Source of the DNA: Octopus vulgaris
Taxonomy: Eukaryota
Reading direction: 5' to 3'
Length of the DNA: 64,000 nt
Assembly (NCBI GenBank): GCA_951406725.2
Contig: OX597816.1
Coordinates: 171,616,001 to 171,680,000, forward strand
The notes under the pieces are model-generated. The model worked only from the letters and a program-made list of their open reading frames with translations, was not told the origin of the DNA and did not search any database. The position numbers and the translations under genes are program-made. This document shows, piece by piece, positions 40,201 through 56,594 of the stretch; within the stretch, counting starts at the first letter, position 1, and the number at the start of each line of letters is the position of its first letter.

Positions 40201-40770
40201 TATGGCTTGCATCGGTGGGGCTCAGGATGAGGTTTACGTCGGTTAAGTTGCCCACAGTTGCACGGGAGTGGGTAGGGTTCGAATCAGTAACCAACTTTTC
40301 GCTCCCAACCTGACTCCTCACTAGGGGGTGCGCAACATGTTGACCCGCGAGTCGAGCGATGCGGTATGGGTTGTTTTTATTGGTTAACTACTGGGTATAT
40401 TCATGGTGATTGGCCACATACTCCTTGAGTACTCGAATGGGTCCTATGCGTATCACACTCATTGCTGGTTCCGCCTTCAAAGCCGTTGTCCATCTTACTC
40501 TATGGGTCATCCGCCCTCTTCGTCGTCTCAGACTTCATGCACTTAAGGGAAGGTATCCCTTCAGCCACGACAGCAGTCTAACTGCCGTTGTCCCTCACTT
40601 AGTTTAGCACAACTGTCGAGAGGAGGTCCCGGGGCATGACCGCCGGTGTGCACAACCGGCAACTTGGAGTCATAAGCTTTTATTGTGAACTAGTGATCAT
40701 CATCCATGCTCTTCGCATGCGACAACTGGTGAACAGAAGTACTATCACTAACAAATACCCCATATGCCCC
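37270..40770 (-). mobile_element. Near full-length decayed R4/Dong-clade non-LTR retrotransposon (RT + RLE)
   Basis: DCNKAFDSVPHAW, GIFQGDSVSPL, SHLFCMDDLK, YKYLG, NRPDII..DVTVP..EKLFKYKDL; multiple stops and frameshifts; 5' end abuts (TTA)n. Confidence 0.9.
40597..40770 (-). ncRNA. Candidate HDV-like ribozyme at 5' end of the Dong/R4 element
   Basis: P1 GGGGCAT/ATGCCCC, P3 GAC/GTC, L3 starting TCC, GG after P1 (P1.1), J4/2 GCTAA, P2 GCTTAT/ACTAAGT (imperfect). Confidence 0.6.
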
Positions 40771-40856
<86 letters not shown>

Positions 40857-40864
40857 ATTATTAT
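40771..40864. repeat. (TTA)n/(TTG)n microsatellite, Dong target
   Basis: Direct inspection. Confidence 0.95.
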
Positions 40865-41021
40865 CTTGGTGAAAGAGGACGCTAAGCTACAAAGAGACTG
40901 AAAACAACTGGTGTAAGAGACCCACAAAAAATCGTGAGAGTATACTTTTCTGATTGTATGTTTTCATGAAGTTGGGTCGTGACTGAAAGTAAAGGACGCG
41001 ATAAGATCAAATATGTTCATA

Positions 41022-42166
41022 CAGTAATCACTCGCCATATTGCTGTTCCCCTATCGCGCCCTCAGTACATCGCGGATTTTTCTGGCTAATATATGTAAAT
41101 TTATATCGCGGACTCTTCAGTATATCGTGGGTTACTGCAGTTGGTAGATATTTATATTTTTTTAGATCTTAGTTATTTCTGTGATAAAATAAGCATTTTC
41201 ACGCCTAAAAATAAATAAATTAATAAATGAAAATATAGTACAGTTCTGCACTGTATAACACATTAATTAAAATATATTAATTAAAATATATTAAAAGAAA
41301 ATAGGTAGTGTACCGTAGATGAGTAAGCAAAGAATTGCACATACTGTATGGAAAACGAAACTCAGGAGGCGAGTGTGTAGTGTTATTTTGCATTTGTGTG
41401 TAAAATTGTGCATTTATTTCAAGGGATCTTTTCGTTTTGAACGGCAGTTTTTTCTAGCAGTGTCATATGAAATTGTCACCCATAATTATGACCCTAGTAT
41501 CGATCTATTGCATTTCAATGTGTTTTAGGGTTGGGGTTAGTTAGGGTTAGGGTTAGATTTGGGGTGGGGGAAGGGTATCTTTTTTTATTCACAAATGTAA
41601 ATAAACCCAATCTATTTCTTAAACGAGGGACATATTCATACAGCACAGAATGTTTTTTTTTTACTTCAATAGACGTCATTGATTGGTTGAAATTGCAGAA
41701 ATTGAAGAAAAAAAAACCCAGCAAATATCTTACAAACTATAGAATTTTCTCAATAAAGCCAAGAGATAAAGATGTTTTATAAACACATTCTACCAGTATA
41801 CGAAGTTTAAAATTTTTTAGTTACCTAGAAATTATGTTAAAAACTGCCGTTCAAACCGAAAAGATCCATTTCAAGCCCTACGATGTCACCAAATGTTCTG
41901 CACCATTTAAGGCTTTCTTTCTTACACAGAAGAAAAAGCAGGTCCAGCAACTGTCTATCGCTATGTTCCTCACCCGCAGAAAAAAGAAAAAGAAAAAGAA
42001 AAAGAAAAGTCACGGGTACTCCTAAGAGTGTGGGGGAGAGTTTATAAAAGCTTAAATATATAAAAATAATAAAAAATATATACACAGTATTGTTTCTACT
42101 TCGCGAATTCTCACCTATCGCGGTTTGTTTTGGAACGTATCACCCGCGATAGTCGAGAGATTACTA
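41022..42166. mobile_element. Tigger/pogo-like non-autonomous DNA transposon hosting a nested telomeric MITE
   Basis: TA-CAGTAATCACTCG... / ...CGAGAGATTACTA-TA ends with repeated ATCGCG subterminal motifs. Confidence 0.65.
41424..41867 (+). mobile_element. Telomeric-repeat MITE
   Basis: Both TIRs; perfect 8-bp TSD ATTTCAAG. Confidence 0.95.
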
Positions 42167-44008
42167 TATACATTTACTTATACATACAGTAAAAATGAAG
42201 AAAATGATCTTCGTCTTGGGGAAAATTTTTATAGAAAGTAGGGAAAATGATGAACTTGGTATAGGAAAAGAAATCACAATTAAGATTTAAAACTTCATAA
42301 ATAATACAGATTAAGGACTCGCTGGAGTTATTGATGAGTATCCACACACATTTCCGAGCTAGGGTTGGTCTTTTATCTTTGGGGTATTTGATAAAATAAG
42401 TTAAGTACTGGATCGATTACAGTAGTACAGCTTCGATGAGCATGAAACAAATCAGGAGACAGGATTTGTTTTATAATAGTGCTGTTTCACCATTTTGTAT
42501 TTAAATTCGTCACGATGGAAATATGAATAGCCTCCTCCTCCTCCTGATCATCATCATCATCAACCTACTTCTTAACATAATCTATTAAATTTTCTTCACA
42601 AATTCAGCGTAAGTATTGAATAGATCAAACGCAATTGAACATATAATAGTGGGAACATGAAGCTATTTTTAAAAAGAGCATTCTTTTTAAACAAAAGTTC
42701 AACAAAAGTTCAGAACTTTTTTGTTTTTAGATTAACTATCAAATATTGTAGACTGGCAACTATAATCAATTTGCTGACGGTTTCCCATCTGCTTGGTTAA
42801 ACACACACCTGTTGTCAAACATACCATAGATTTACGTTTCAATTTACCAAGTTGAAACTTGATTTTCGTAATGTTTTAACAGAGCCAGTTGCTATTTGAT
42901 CCTAAAAATACAAAATTTCTCTTGATTAAATGTAAAGAGGAAGACAACGAAAAGTGAAATGCTCCTGCTTTTGCAAAAAAAAAGAAGATTTTTACTGTGT
43001 TAGAAAACTGGTTTTCAGCGGTCTTTGCTGGGAGGTAGCATCTAGCATCTTGAACTAAGCTGCTGCACAGGCACAGTTGTTGTGGGTGTATAGAGAAGTG
43101 ACTCTACGCTGTTACATGGCTGATAGGCAATTTATCGACGCCAGCGGAGATGAAATTACGAAGTGGCATCAATGGCACAAATATGAAACCGACTCCGACA
43201 GCATTTGATCTTGGAATGTAGAACAGAAATGAATACCGCAAAGGGTTCTACTTTTACTTTTTGTCTTACTTACACATTATTTTTCATGGTGGAGAGGAGA
43301 TCTCGGTGGTAGTGGTCCCGCGAGGATTGAAAACGGGGCAGGAAAATTGCCATGTTATATAAACTGATATGGTTTTAAACTTCTTAAACTTGCCCAAGGC
43401 TACAGCGAAGAAAGAAGAGTTATCTGGGTGCAACTCAAGCTCTATTTTAGTTTCCCGGTAAAAGATTTAAGTGATATTTTCTTTTTGGGTGGGGTCTCTT
43501 ATTTGTCACTTTGACTTAAAGTACTAAAAAAGGAAAATAGTATATCCTGTATCACTTTATCATAACTGCTGTTGTTGAGCGAAGACTGTGTTGTATTTTA
43601 GCTCTTAACTTTCACCTCGTTAAGATAAAATAAGTTCCTTAGTTCAACTCAATGCCATAATCAACAGAAACAACACATATTTAGACTTTTTATGTATGTG
43701 GTTAAATTCTAAGCAGAATAATTTATTACTAAAGAGGACTTTAGTAAAAATGCTTACTTTTATAAATGTGTCTGATTTCTATTTTAAACGTATATTTATA
43801 GATCTTCATAACCTAGTTTCATTATGTTAAATATTTCGATATTGTCTTCGACTTCACTGTTCAAGGCGCAACATTCGAACCTGTTTCAGAATGCTTCAGA
43901 TTTTGCTTATGTCTTCAATTGTATCCCATAGTTACAACTGTTTAAAGTTTAACTCTCGAACACGTATCATCATCATTAGGCTAATATAATGATAGAATAG
44001 AAAATCTA

Positions 44009-45147
44009 CGAAGGTGGGCTGGAAAGTTAATAGGCTGACTTTGAAGGTAAGCTACTAGCGCTGTGAAATATTGTATGCATTAAGTTCAACTCTTTTTATT
44101 AATAAACTGCATTGTTTCTTTCCAGGTAAACTGACATCTGGCAATTCAAAGCAGACTTCAAAAGTAACTGGTTGTGGCTTCTCTTGAAAATGGACAACAT
44201 TTGACATCGTGATGTTATGGAGTACCTGCAGCAAAAGGGTTTAGCCTCCAAGGACATTTATGCTGACCTGGTTGCTACATTAGGAAATGGTGATCCAGCT
44301 TTATCAACTGTGCAAAAGTGTGCAACTGAATTTAGGAGAAGAAAGGAAAGTTTTGAAGGTGATCCAAGGTCAGGGTGTACTGCAACTGTTACCACCGAGG
44401 AAAATATTGATCGTGTTAACCACATAGTGACGGATGACAGGTGATTGATTATAAATTAAACAGCTTATTCTATTAGTATATTCTATGAGAGATTGAGAAT
44501 GTTCTGCACAATGAACTTGGCATGACGAACGTTTCTGCTCAGTGGGAGCCACGTCTTCTGACATCTGATAAAAAGCGAACTAGACGAATCACATCACGGG
44601 GAAATCTGACATTGTTTGAAGCAAATGCAGCAGGTTTTCTTGAGCGTTTCCTAATCCAAGATGAGCGTTGGGTTCATCACTTAGAGCCAGAGACAAAAAT
44701 CAATCCATGCAGTGGAAATACTCCTCCTCACCTGCTCCAAAGAAGGTCAAGGATTTTTATTTGTAGTCTCAGTTTTTTGGGATGCAAAAGGCATTGTGTT
44801 TATTGACTATCATCAGGAGGGCTACGCCATCAATGGAGAGTCCTATGTCAACTTGTTGAGGCAGTTACGAAAGGCTTTCCTTGATTTGGCTCCATCAGAC
44901 TATCATCTGTTCCCCAACATGAAAAAACACTTGGGTGGGAAGCAGTATCGCAGTGATGATGACGTCATATCTACTGTTAATGACTTTTTTTTTACCAACA
45001 GAATGATATCTTCACCAGTGGGATACAAACGATGCAAACACCGATGGATGAAGTGTGTGGACTGCAAGAGAAACTTGAAAACTAAACTTCACTTGGTCAT
45101 ATTCGATGAGAATATCTTGGTCAGATTTTCTGAATTTTCAAGCCTCG
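44009..45147 (+). mobile_element. Decayed mariner element with TIR remnants
   Basis: TA-CGAAGG...CCTCG-TA; GDPRSG, QWEPRLLT, IQDERWVHHLEPETK, VFWDAKG, DLAPSDYHLF motifs; internal deletion. Confidence 0.9.
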
Positions 45148-45614
45148 TATGAAAGGTAGTAGATGAATCTGATATCTTAAATTACTAATTCTATGGAGTG
45201 GCATAAGAGAAAATTCTTAACTATGACATATCAAATTGCAAATTCTTGGGAGTGACACTAGTGATACAGAAAATGTATATATTCGGCAGAAAACATTGCA
45301 GAGCCGTTGGTTGTAGATCCTGACAACAATTCTTCGACTGAAGAGCAATTACAGTAAATGTAGCGAAATATACTCAAAATTTGTGATTCAATTTTAAATA
45401 CATTCTTCTTAATGTCAATCAAAAGATACAAGAATCATCCACCAATGATTATATACATTATATACACATGTACACATGCACTCCACACCCACATGATCGC
45501 ATTCGGACACAAAACATATGCATATGTACACACACACACATTCTTTTAATGGTTGGGACAAATTGACATATGCATTGTATGTATGTATGTATTATGTATG
45601 TATGTATGTATGTA

Positions 45615-45777
45615 ACTGGTAACATGTAACCCAGTACAACCTGTTGCATGGTCGGGCTGTCGGCGACTAAACCGTTTATTGGACACCCTGCGGGATGAAA
45701 AACAAAACCCTTCAAAGGGCGGAGGAACTCTTGAGAGTCAACGGCCATCCAATAAATGTCTTAAGGCTGTATCATGC
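45615..45777 (+). mobile_element. Partial copy of the RTE-like 5' fragment at 11360-11555
   Basis: Direct sequence similarity; both follow (TATG)n. Confidence 0.7.
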
Positions 45778-45794
45778 TTTGGGTGCTTTCGCTC

Positions 45795-45885
45795 AATAAA
45801 GACTCACAACGCCCGGTCTGGGAATCGAAACCGCGATCCTACGACCGCGAGTCCGCTGCCCTAACCACTGGGCCATTGCGCCTCC
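45795..45885 (-). mobile_element. tRNA-derived SINE head (family C-like)
   Basis: GGAGGCGCAATGGCCCAGTGGTTAGGGC...GGTTTCGATTCCCAGACCGGGCG. Confidence 0.75.
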
Positions 45886-47112
45886 ACACACACACACACA
45901 CACAAATATATATACATATGTATATGCATGTATGTATGTTACATTAGCGTATGTGTGTGTGAAGAAAATAGAGAAAGAGCTGTGATATATATCTATGCCT
46001 GTGTCTTTGCATGTGTATATTTGCCTGTACGTGTGTACATTCATGCATACATGCATGCATTATACAAAACATGTTTGTGCTCGCCTATACAAATCTATAC
46101 ATTTTAAAGTACAATGCACTCGCCGCCACTTCACACTCATTTTCACGTGTACGCAAATTTGTACGTTCACTCATGTTGGCGCACACAGTTAAATAGTGTG
46201 CATAGTTAAAGTAATGAAAACCATACATTTTATGTCTAATTTAGCTGTTAATTGTAGTTAAATGAAATAGTAGTATGTAAATGAATCGTTGTTTTTTTTC
46301 TCGATATTTGATGGATGCATATTGGCATATAGTGCAAGTAATAACGGTACAGCGCTTTTTGATTTAGCAGTTAATCTGAAACAAATTAGGTTTCTTAGTT
46401 TTTAAAGCCTCTGTGTAAAAACCTCAAATAGATGAAAGGCAAATTACGTAAATGACAAACTTTTTTCTGTTTGTTTTATAATATTCATACTAAAAAGTAG
46501 TTACTGGTATTTAACCCTCTACTAGTTTAGTTTATGAAAGGTATGGGCAATCTGCAGCATTCGGGTCACATGTAGCACTTCATGACTTTTTGAATGACAC
46601 ACGAAATGTCACTGAACATTAAAACTCTTTACTAACATTTTGTGACATGATCTTTAGGTATGGCTCTGTGAATTTGAATCATTTCATTTCTTTCTCTTCA
46701 TCTATATGTATGTATATTTACTGCTGCTTTCTCTCCATCAAAGCTGTGTGTAGCCGGACGATTCTCCGAATTATCAGTAGTGTGTTTATATGGTGGTACA
46801 AGGTTTATTAAATAATTATTTTAGTAGTATGGCTTGATTTATGATTAGCAACATCTCAGAAGGCCTGCTGCAAGAAAAAAAAAAAGACATTGCTTATGCT
46901 CCTGAGCGAGAATTGAACTCACAATATAAACGGATACCTACAAATATCCCAAGCATTTTGTCCGACTTTCTGTGGATATTGTACTTTCTCTTAGATGACT
47001 TTTTCTTCATTCAGTTTCCAATAGAACTTTGAAGAACAACCTAAAAGAAGATGTATTTCAATTACGGTAATTTATTTAATAATTCATAAACAATAATAAA
47101 TATCAATTATAT

Positions 47113-47500
47113 TGCTAACCAACCACATGGTTCCGGGTTCAGTCCCACTGCGTGGCATCTTGGGCAAGTGTCTTCTGCAGTAGCCCCAGGCCGACCAATG
47201 CTTTGTGAGTGGATTTGGTAGACGGAAACTGAAAGAAGCCTGTCGTATATATGTATCTATATATAAGTGTGTGTGTATATGTTTGTGTGTCTGTGTTTGT
47301 CCCCCTAGCACTGCTTGACAACCGATGCTGGTGTGTTTACGTCCCCGTCACTTAGCGGTTCGGCAAAAGAGACCGATAGAATAAGTACTGGGCTTACAAA
47401 AGAATAAGTCCCGGGGTCGATTTGCTCGACTAAAAGGCGGTGCTCCAGCATGGCCGCAGTCAAATGACTGAAACAAGTAAAAGAGTAAAGAGTAAAGAGT
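47113..47500 (+). mobile_element. SINE family A, slightly 5'-truncated
   Basis: Match to family. Confidence 0.9.
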
Positions 47501-47719
47501 ATATGCCATCAGTAATTACGATAATCAGGATCACATCTACAACAGTAGAAATATTCGATTCCACAGAGGCAGATTCTGATTTATTGAACTGGCTTCGTAA
47601 AATTTCATAAGTGATAGTGAAAGAGACTTCGTCGTCTTGTAAAAATGTAACGATAGCATTTATTGCTCTTTGCTTTTTCTTCTTAAAGAAAACATATTCT
47701 TTTAGGCGATAAATAATGG

Positions 47720-47935
47720 TTTCAAATTGTTGGAATTATGCCAGTAATTTTGGGATGGGGTCAAGCCGATTATATTGACACCATTACTTTGATTGCTACT
47801 TATTTTATCGACCCCGAAAGAATGAAGGGTAAAGTCGACTTCGGCGGAATTTATGACCTCAGAGCATGAAAACGGACGAAATGCCGCTATGCATTTTGCT
47901 CGGTGTGCTAACGCTTCTGCCATGCTCGCCACCTT
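47720..47935 (-). mobile_element. SINE family B monomer, diverged
   Basis: Match to family. Confidence 0.75.
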
Positions 47936-48314
47936 AAATTAGGTGATAAATAATATGTGTGGTTTTTCCATTTCCTTTATCAGATTGAGATAATGTGTAA
48001 GAATTTTAGAAAGTATCTATTTCAAGCTATAACTTTCATACCTTTATAACATGCATTATTTTACCAACAGAAGAAATTAGGTAGCTTATTAAGGTTTGTG
48101 GAGAAGCTAAAATCATACTCGACAAACAAACTTGTGTGTTACAAGATTTTTAACGGAATTACATGAAACTATGGGATATTCATGCCTTTTGCAGGAGTAC
48201 CGGCATGAAAAGAATTCGTTTTAAGGGACACTTAATATTCTGTTACCCGGCCTTGCAGGAGCTTACGTCATGCTTTACAGTATATTGGTCAGTGGTGTGC
48301 ATAAATTTGTGTGG

Positions 48315-48351
<37 letters not shown>

Positions 48352-48399
48352 TGTATGCATATGTACATAATATGCACATATATGTGTAAGAATACAGTG

Positions 48400-48630
48400 C
48401 TTTTCTCGGACTATTCTTTTCTTTCATTCCAGACTTTTCTCTCTTTGCTCTTTCTGACGAAGAGCCATGTCCGAAACGTCACCCCACTCTTTATTCCACC
48501 TTCAACTTTCTCTGAGCGTCAACCTAACACATTCACTGTCTACGTCCTTTTGACTTTCGTTCTATTTCCTATTTTTGTTTTCATTTTCTTTTATGTTTTC
48601 ATTTGCCTAGCGCTGTTTCTATTTCATATG
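48400..48630 (+). mobile_element. PLE-like pLTR fragment with degenerate hammerhead (relative of 29845-30040)
   Basis: CTGACGA-AGAGCCATGTCC-GAAACGTC at 48454-48480, followed by TCTGAGCGTC as in the 29.9 kb copy. Confidence 0.5.
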
Positions 48631-48632
48631 TG

Positions 48633-48800
<168 letters not shown>

Positions 48801-50307
48801 TGTCTGTCTGTCTGTTTGTCTATTTGTCCATATATATGTTTTTAACTATCTGTCAATCTCTCCCTCTCCACGCACACACACACACACACACACATACACA
48901 AACACACACACACGTTCATTCTGCATAAGTTTGGCGTTCAACTTTTCAGATTAACATATATACGGTCATACAGTTTCGTGCGCACGTAAGTTAAGATATA
49001 ATAAGACTACCAATTTAATTCTAGAGTCAAATTTTTCCTACACTGATGTTATCTTAAATATGAGACCTTTATCATATCGTCATGTCGTATTACTGAGTGA
49101 TACTTGGCTTATTAAACTTCATTAAATTAGCTAATTCAGATCATTTACTGTAACTGAAGATACTGGTCAGATCAAACAGCTGTTATCTTTCCACATCGTC
49201 CTCGCTCCGAAATTACACTAATTACGAACAACTTTAGATTAATTAAGTGATGGCTTTCAACCCGAAGATAGATAGATGCATTAATAAGTAGACTTGTTAC
49301 TACTACTACGCTACACAAAGTGCACCCCCCTCCATAACTTACAGCAACTGATTTCTATCAGTTATTTATATTTTGAGTATATATGCATCAATGGCAGCTG
49401 TTTTCATATTCATGTATTATCGACAGATGTCCCCCAGCGTCGAAGTAAAGAATACATACGCATGTGCATGCATACATACATACATACATACATACATACA
49501 TACATACATACATACATACATACATACATACATACATACATACATACATGCATGCATACATACATACATGCATGTATGCATAAATACATACATACATAAA
49601 CACATACCTCACATACGCACACACATGTATATGTACGTATGTAATGTATGTATGTGCATGTGTTGTGTTTGTGAGTGCGTGCGGTTAGCTCCGGTTTATG
49701 ATATATTGGCAATGGACGTTTTCGATTGGTTAAAATTACATGACTTTAAATGTAGCTTCTTTGTTATTAATTTTTGGCGAAAACTGAATGCGGTTATCAA
49801 CATGCAAAAACCACTCAGAACTAAAATTTTTAAAATGATCTGGTGTTGGGAGAAATTTAACAAAATCCTTCATCGTTAAATGTAAAAATGAAAGTGTGAT
49901 TTGAGGAAAATTTGGCTGCTATTTCTAGCAGTTCAACAGCTATATAAAGAGTGTGTGTATATATGCATGTGTGTATTGTATTGTATATGCATATGTATGT
50001 ATATGGATACAGATATTGATATGCAACCCCATTACAGAACCAAGGAATTGTTTGATTGATTGATTAATTAATTTGTTGGATGATTGATAAGTTGATTGAT
50101 TGACTGAATAATGGAGCTAATTTTTTGAGTATTATTTTATAATTAAAGATCTAATTAAACAAAAACATACATAGCTATCTAAACCTACATATATATGTGT
50201 GCATACATAAATACATATATATATATATACACAAGTGCTTGCACAAATATACATATATAAATACATAAATACATAAATACATATCTACCTAAACCTACAT
50301 ATATGTA

Positions 50308-50363
<56 letters not shown>

Positions 50364-50599
50364 AGTGGCCGCATAAATATACATATATACATGTCCATAT
50401 ATAAATACAAAAAGCAGTAATTATAGTAATTTATACTCACATATACATACATGTAAACAATTATATCTAACTTAATATATATCTTCTTATACATATATCT
50501 GCATAATTATCACACATCATATAATACAATACAGTATAGCAACAATAATAACTCGAATAATAATTATTACTATTATTATGTCAGTAGGGGTGTTTTAAT

Positions 50600-51242
50600 A
50601 CTAGGTTCTAGTGGTATTTGGAAAAGGTATGCCCAATTTTATGAAATTGGGCATACCTTTTTATGAAAACAGGAAACGTTGCGTTCCTTAAAGCTGTTAA
50701 GCGGAATTTTAGTCCCAAATAGAAAGAAAATTTCATTAATACATAACAAACATTTTCTATTTTTAGTATTATATGCAGGTGCTGATGTTTATATTTTCCA
50801 ATTTAAATTATAGTTAATTCTCCCATCCTTAAGTTCCCATATGTAGCTACTTAACCCTGTAGAATTTCTCCTATTTCTGTTTCTAAATGTATATTTATGA
50901 TAATTAAGTCTCTGTTTCATATTGTTTTTTGTCGCACCCACATATACCTTGCTGTCAAATTGTGTACTTACTATACATTGATATACTACCTCCTTCCTAA
51001 TGCAATTATTATTAAATACACAATTTTAAATTATTCTACAATTACATGTTCTGTGCGGTTGTGTAGGGTTTATATTATTAGGGTTGACACTCATTATATT
51101 ATTAGTTCTGTGGCTATTGTTGGTCCTAATAATGTTATTATTTCTTATATTATCGTGATCATTAATGTTAGCATTATTAATATTTTTATTTACACTTCCA
51201 TTGTTGCGGTTGTTTTTGTTGTTGTTGTTATTATTATTATTA

Positions 51243-51297
<55 letters not shown>

Positions 51298-51316
51298 TCT
51301 TATTATTATTATTATT
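50600..51316 (-). pseudogene. Penelope-like element GIY-YIG endonuclease (Naiad-like) plus Asn-rich linker
   Basis: NCIRKEVVYQCIV...VYVGATKNNMKQRLNYHKYTF...STGLSSYIWELK...NWKI*...KCLLCINE...LNSFKE...SCFH. Confidence 0.85.
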
Positions 51317-51848
51317 CAGTAGTTTTATTTTTATAGCGTGCTTTCACTTCACTACCGAGCGCAGCTCTGTGTGCCTTGGGTATGTGCTGTGATTTGTTGT
51401 GATGCTCTGATGGTTATTGTATGGAAAGTGTTCTGCGTAGGATGTGTGCAGTGCATAGTAGTGCAATTTTCTGTATGTTATATGTGTTTGTAAGTCCTGG
51501 TGTTTTTGTTATGTATTTGTCTGAATATTTTTTATCATGCCTAATGCGCCTACTATGATAGGAATTGTTTCTGTTTTCAGGTTCCACATTCTAGTTACCT
51601 CTATTTCCAGGTCTTTGTATTTTGAGAGTTTCTCCATTTCTTTTAGAGACACGTTGTCATCAGCCGGTATTGATACATCAATTAGAAAGCATTTTTTTCT
51701 TCATGATCTCTGACAACTATATCTGGTCTGTTGGCCTTAATTTCTCTATCTGTGTGTATCGGCATATCCCAGAGTATGGTTGCTTTCTCGTTTTCTGTGA
51801 CCTTTTCTGGTGTGTGCCTATACCATCTTTTTTCTGTTGTTATTCCAT
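51317..51848 (-). mobile_element. 5'-truncated Dong/R4 copy (RLE domain + 3' UTR) in (AAT)n
   Basis: Near identical to 52003-52542; flanked by ATT repeats. Confidence 0.92.
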
Positions 51849-51904
51849 TGTTGTTATTATTATTATCATTATTATTATCATTATTATTATCATTATTATT
51901 ATTA

Positions 51905-51980
<76 letters not shown>

Positions 51981-52002
51981 CATTATTATTATTATTATTA
52001 TT

Positions 52003-54748
<2,746 letters not shown>

Positions 54749-54750
54749 CC

Positions 54751-55153
54751 TTTTTACTCTTTTACTTGTTTCAGTCATTTGACTGTGGCCATGCTGGAGC
54801 ACCGCCTTTAGCAGAGCAAATCGAACCCAGGACTTATTCTTTGTAAGCCTAGTACTTATTCTATCGGTCTCTTTTGCTGAACCACTAAGTGACGGGGACG
54901 TAAACACACCAGCATCGGTTGTCAAGCGATGTTGGGGACACACACAGACATATACACCCATATGCATATATATATATATATATACATACGACGTGCTTCT
55001 TTCAGTTTCCGTCTACTAAATCCACTCACAAGGATTTGGTCGACCCGAGGCTATAGTAGAAGACACTTGCTCAAAGTGCCACCCAGTGAGACTGAACCCA
55101 GAACCATGTAGTTGGTAAGCAAGTTACTTACCACACAGCCACTCCTGCGCCTA
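54751..55153 (-). mobile_element. SINE family A
   Basis: Full-length match. Confidence 0.9.
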
Positions 55154-55699
55154 TGCGAATTTCTTCATGTGCAAGCGTCTAACATATATACGTATTATAT
55201 ATATATAATACGCGCACGCTCACACATGTATATATATATATATATATATAATGCACGCACACACACACACGCACGCACAACATATATCTAAGGTAACCTC
55301 TACGTGGTTTCCCTATCTTCAAGAAATAGCAGTTAATCCTTCTCAAATCTTGGATTACTATCCCAAAGAAGAAAAAATGAAAGGTGTATATTGTTGGATA
55401 ATATAGACGGTGGCATCTATGGTTAGATAAAAAAAAATAGGGGACATATTTGACTTGGCTAGAATGTCTTTAATTATAGGTCTACTGGACCGACACAGCG
55501 CTAAGATTAATAGAAAATTATGGAAATTAATTTTGCTTCATAACGTGACATAAATGTATTTCAGTGTAATAGAATTTGCCCTTGAAAAGTAAGTTGATGT
55601 GACATTCGATATATGTACGTAGGTGTGTGTATGTACATATGTATATATGTATAATATGCGCGTATGGGTGTGTCTGTGTATATACAGTTCTTATACACA

Positions 55700-55945
55700 T
55701 CTGCTTAGTGTGTGTGTATGTATGTATGTATGTATTTATATATGTATGTATGTATGTCTGTATGTATTTATGTATGTATGTATGTATGTATGTATGTATG
55801 TATGTATGTATGTATGTATGTATGTATGTATGCATGCATGCATGCATGCATGCATGTATGTATGTATCTATGTATGTAAGTATGTATTATGTATGTATGC
55901 ATGTATGTATGTATGTATGTATGTATGTATGTATGTATGTATATT
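55700..55945. repeat. (TATG)n microsatellite
   Basis: Direct inspection. Confidence 0.95.
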
Positions 55946-56594
55946 ATATATAAATATAATTTATGTATAACTTAGAATTAAAAAAAAATGAAATCACTTA
56001 TATCAGGCGCTGAAATATGACCCTTTATCTAATTCATCTGATTTATCATTTTATGGGATACTTAAACAAGCTCCAATATTATCCATCTACTCGCTAGAAA
56101 TATTAACCAAAATCACTCGACAAAACAAATCACACTTTTGTACTAAACAAAAGTAAATAAAAAAAAAAAATTTAAAAAATAAATAAATAACAAGAAACCC
56201 CCCCTCCCCCGGAGGGACATATCGCATAATGAAGTCTTAAATACTCAAAGCATGAAAAATCAAAAGTAGGAGTGGAATAAACAAGAGACCTATGAGCTAT
56301 TCACAATCACATGATGTGATTATATTACCAATATGTTCACTGCAATATACACCATGTGATTATAAATAACTGGGTGGTTTTCTCTATTACAACTCTTCTA
56401 CTTTCTAAGTTCATTTTATAGGCTGAATGTATCTAGGGGATACACAAACCACTGCCTCAATGTTTTTTTCTTCTTCTTAAATATTAAAAAGAAAAGTTGT
56501 TTTTGAATATTGATGGTGGGATGGGATTTTAGGGCTACTTCATTGCAATTTCAAGCATGTTAATAGTTTATAGGTGACTATATAGCCATCCATC

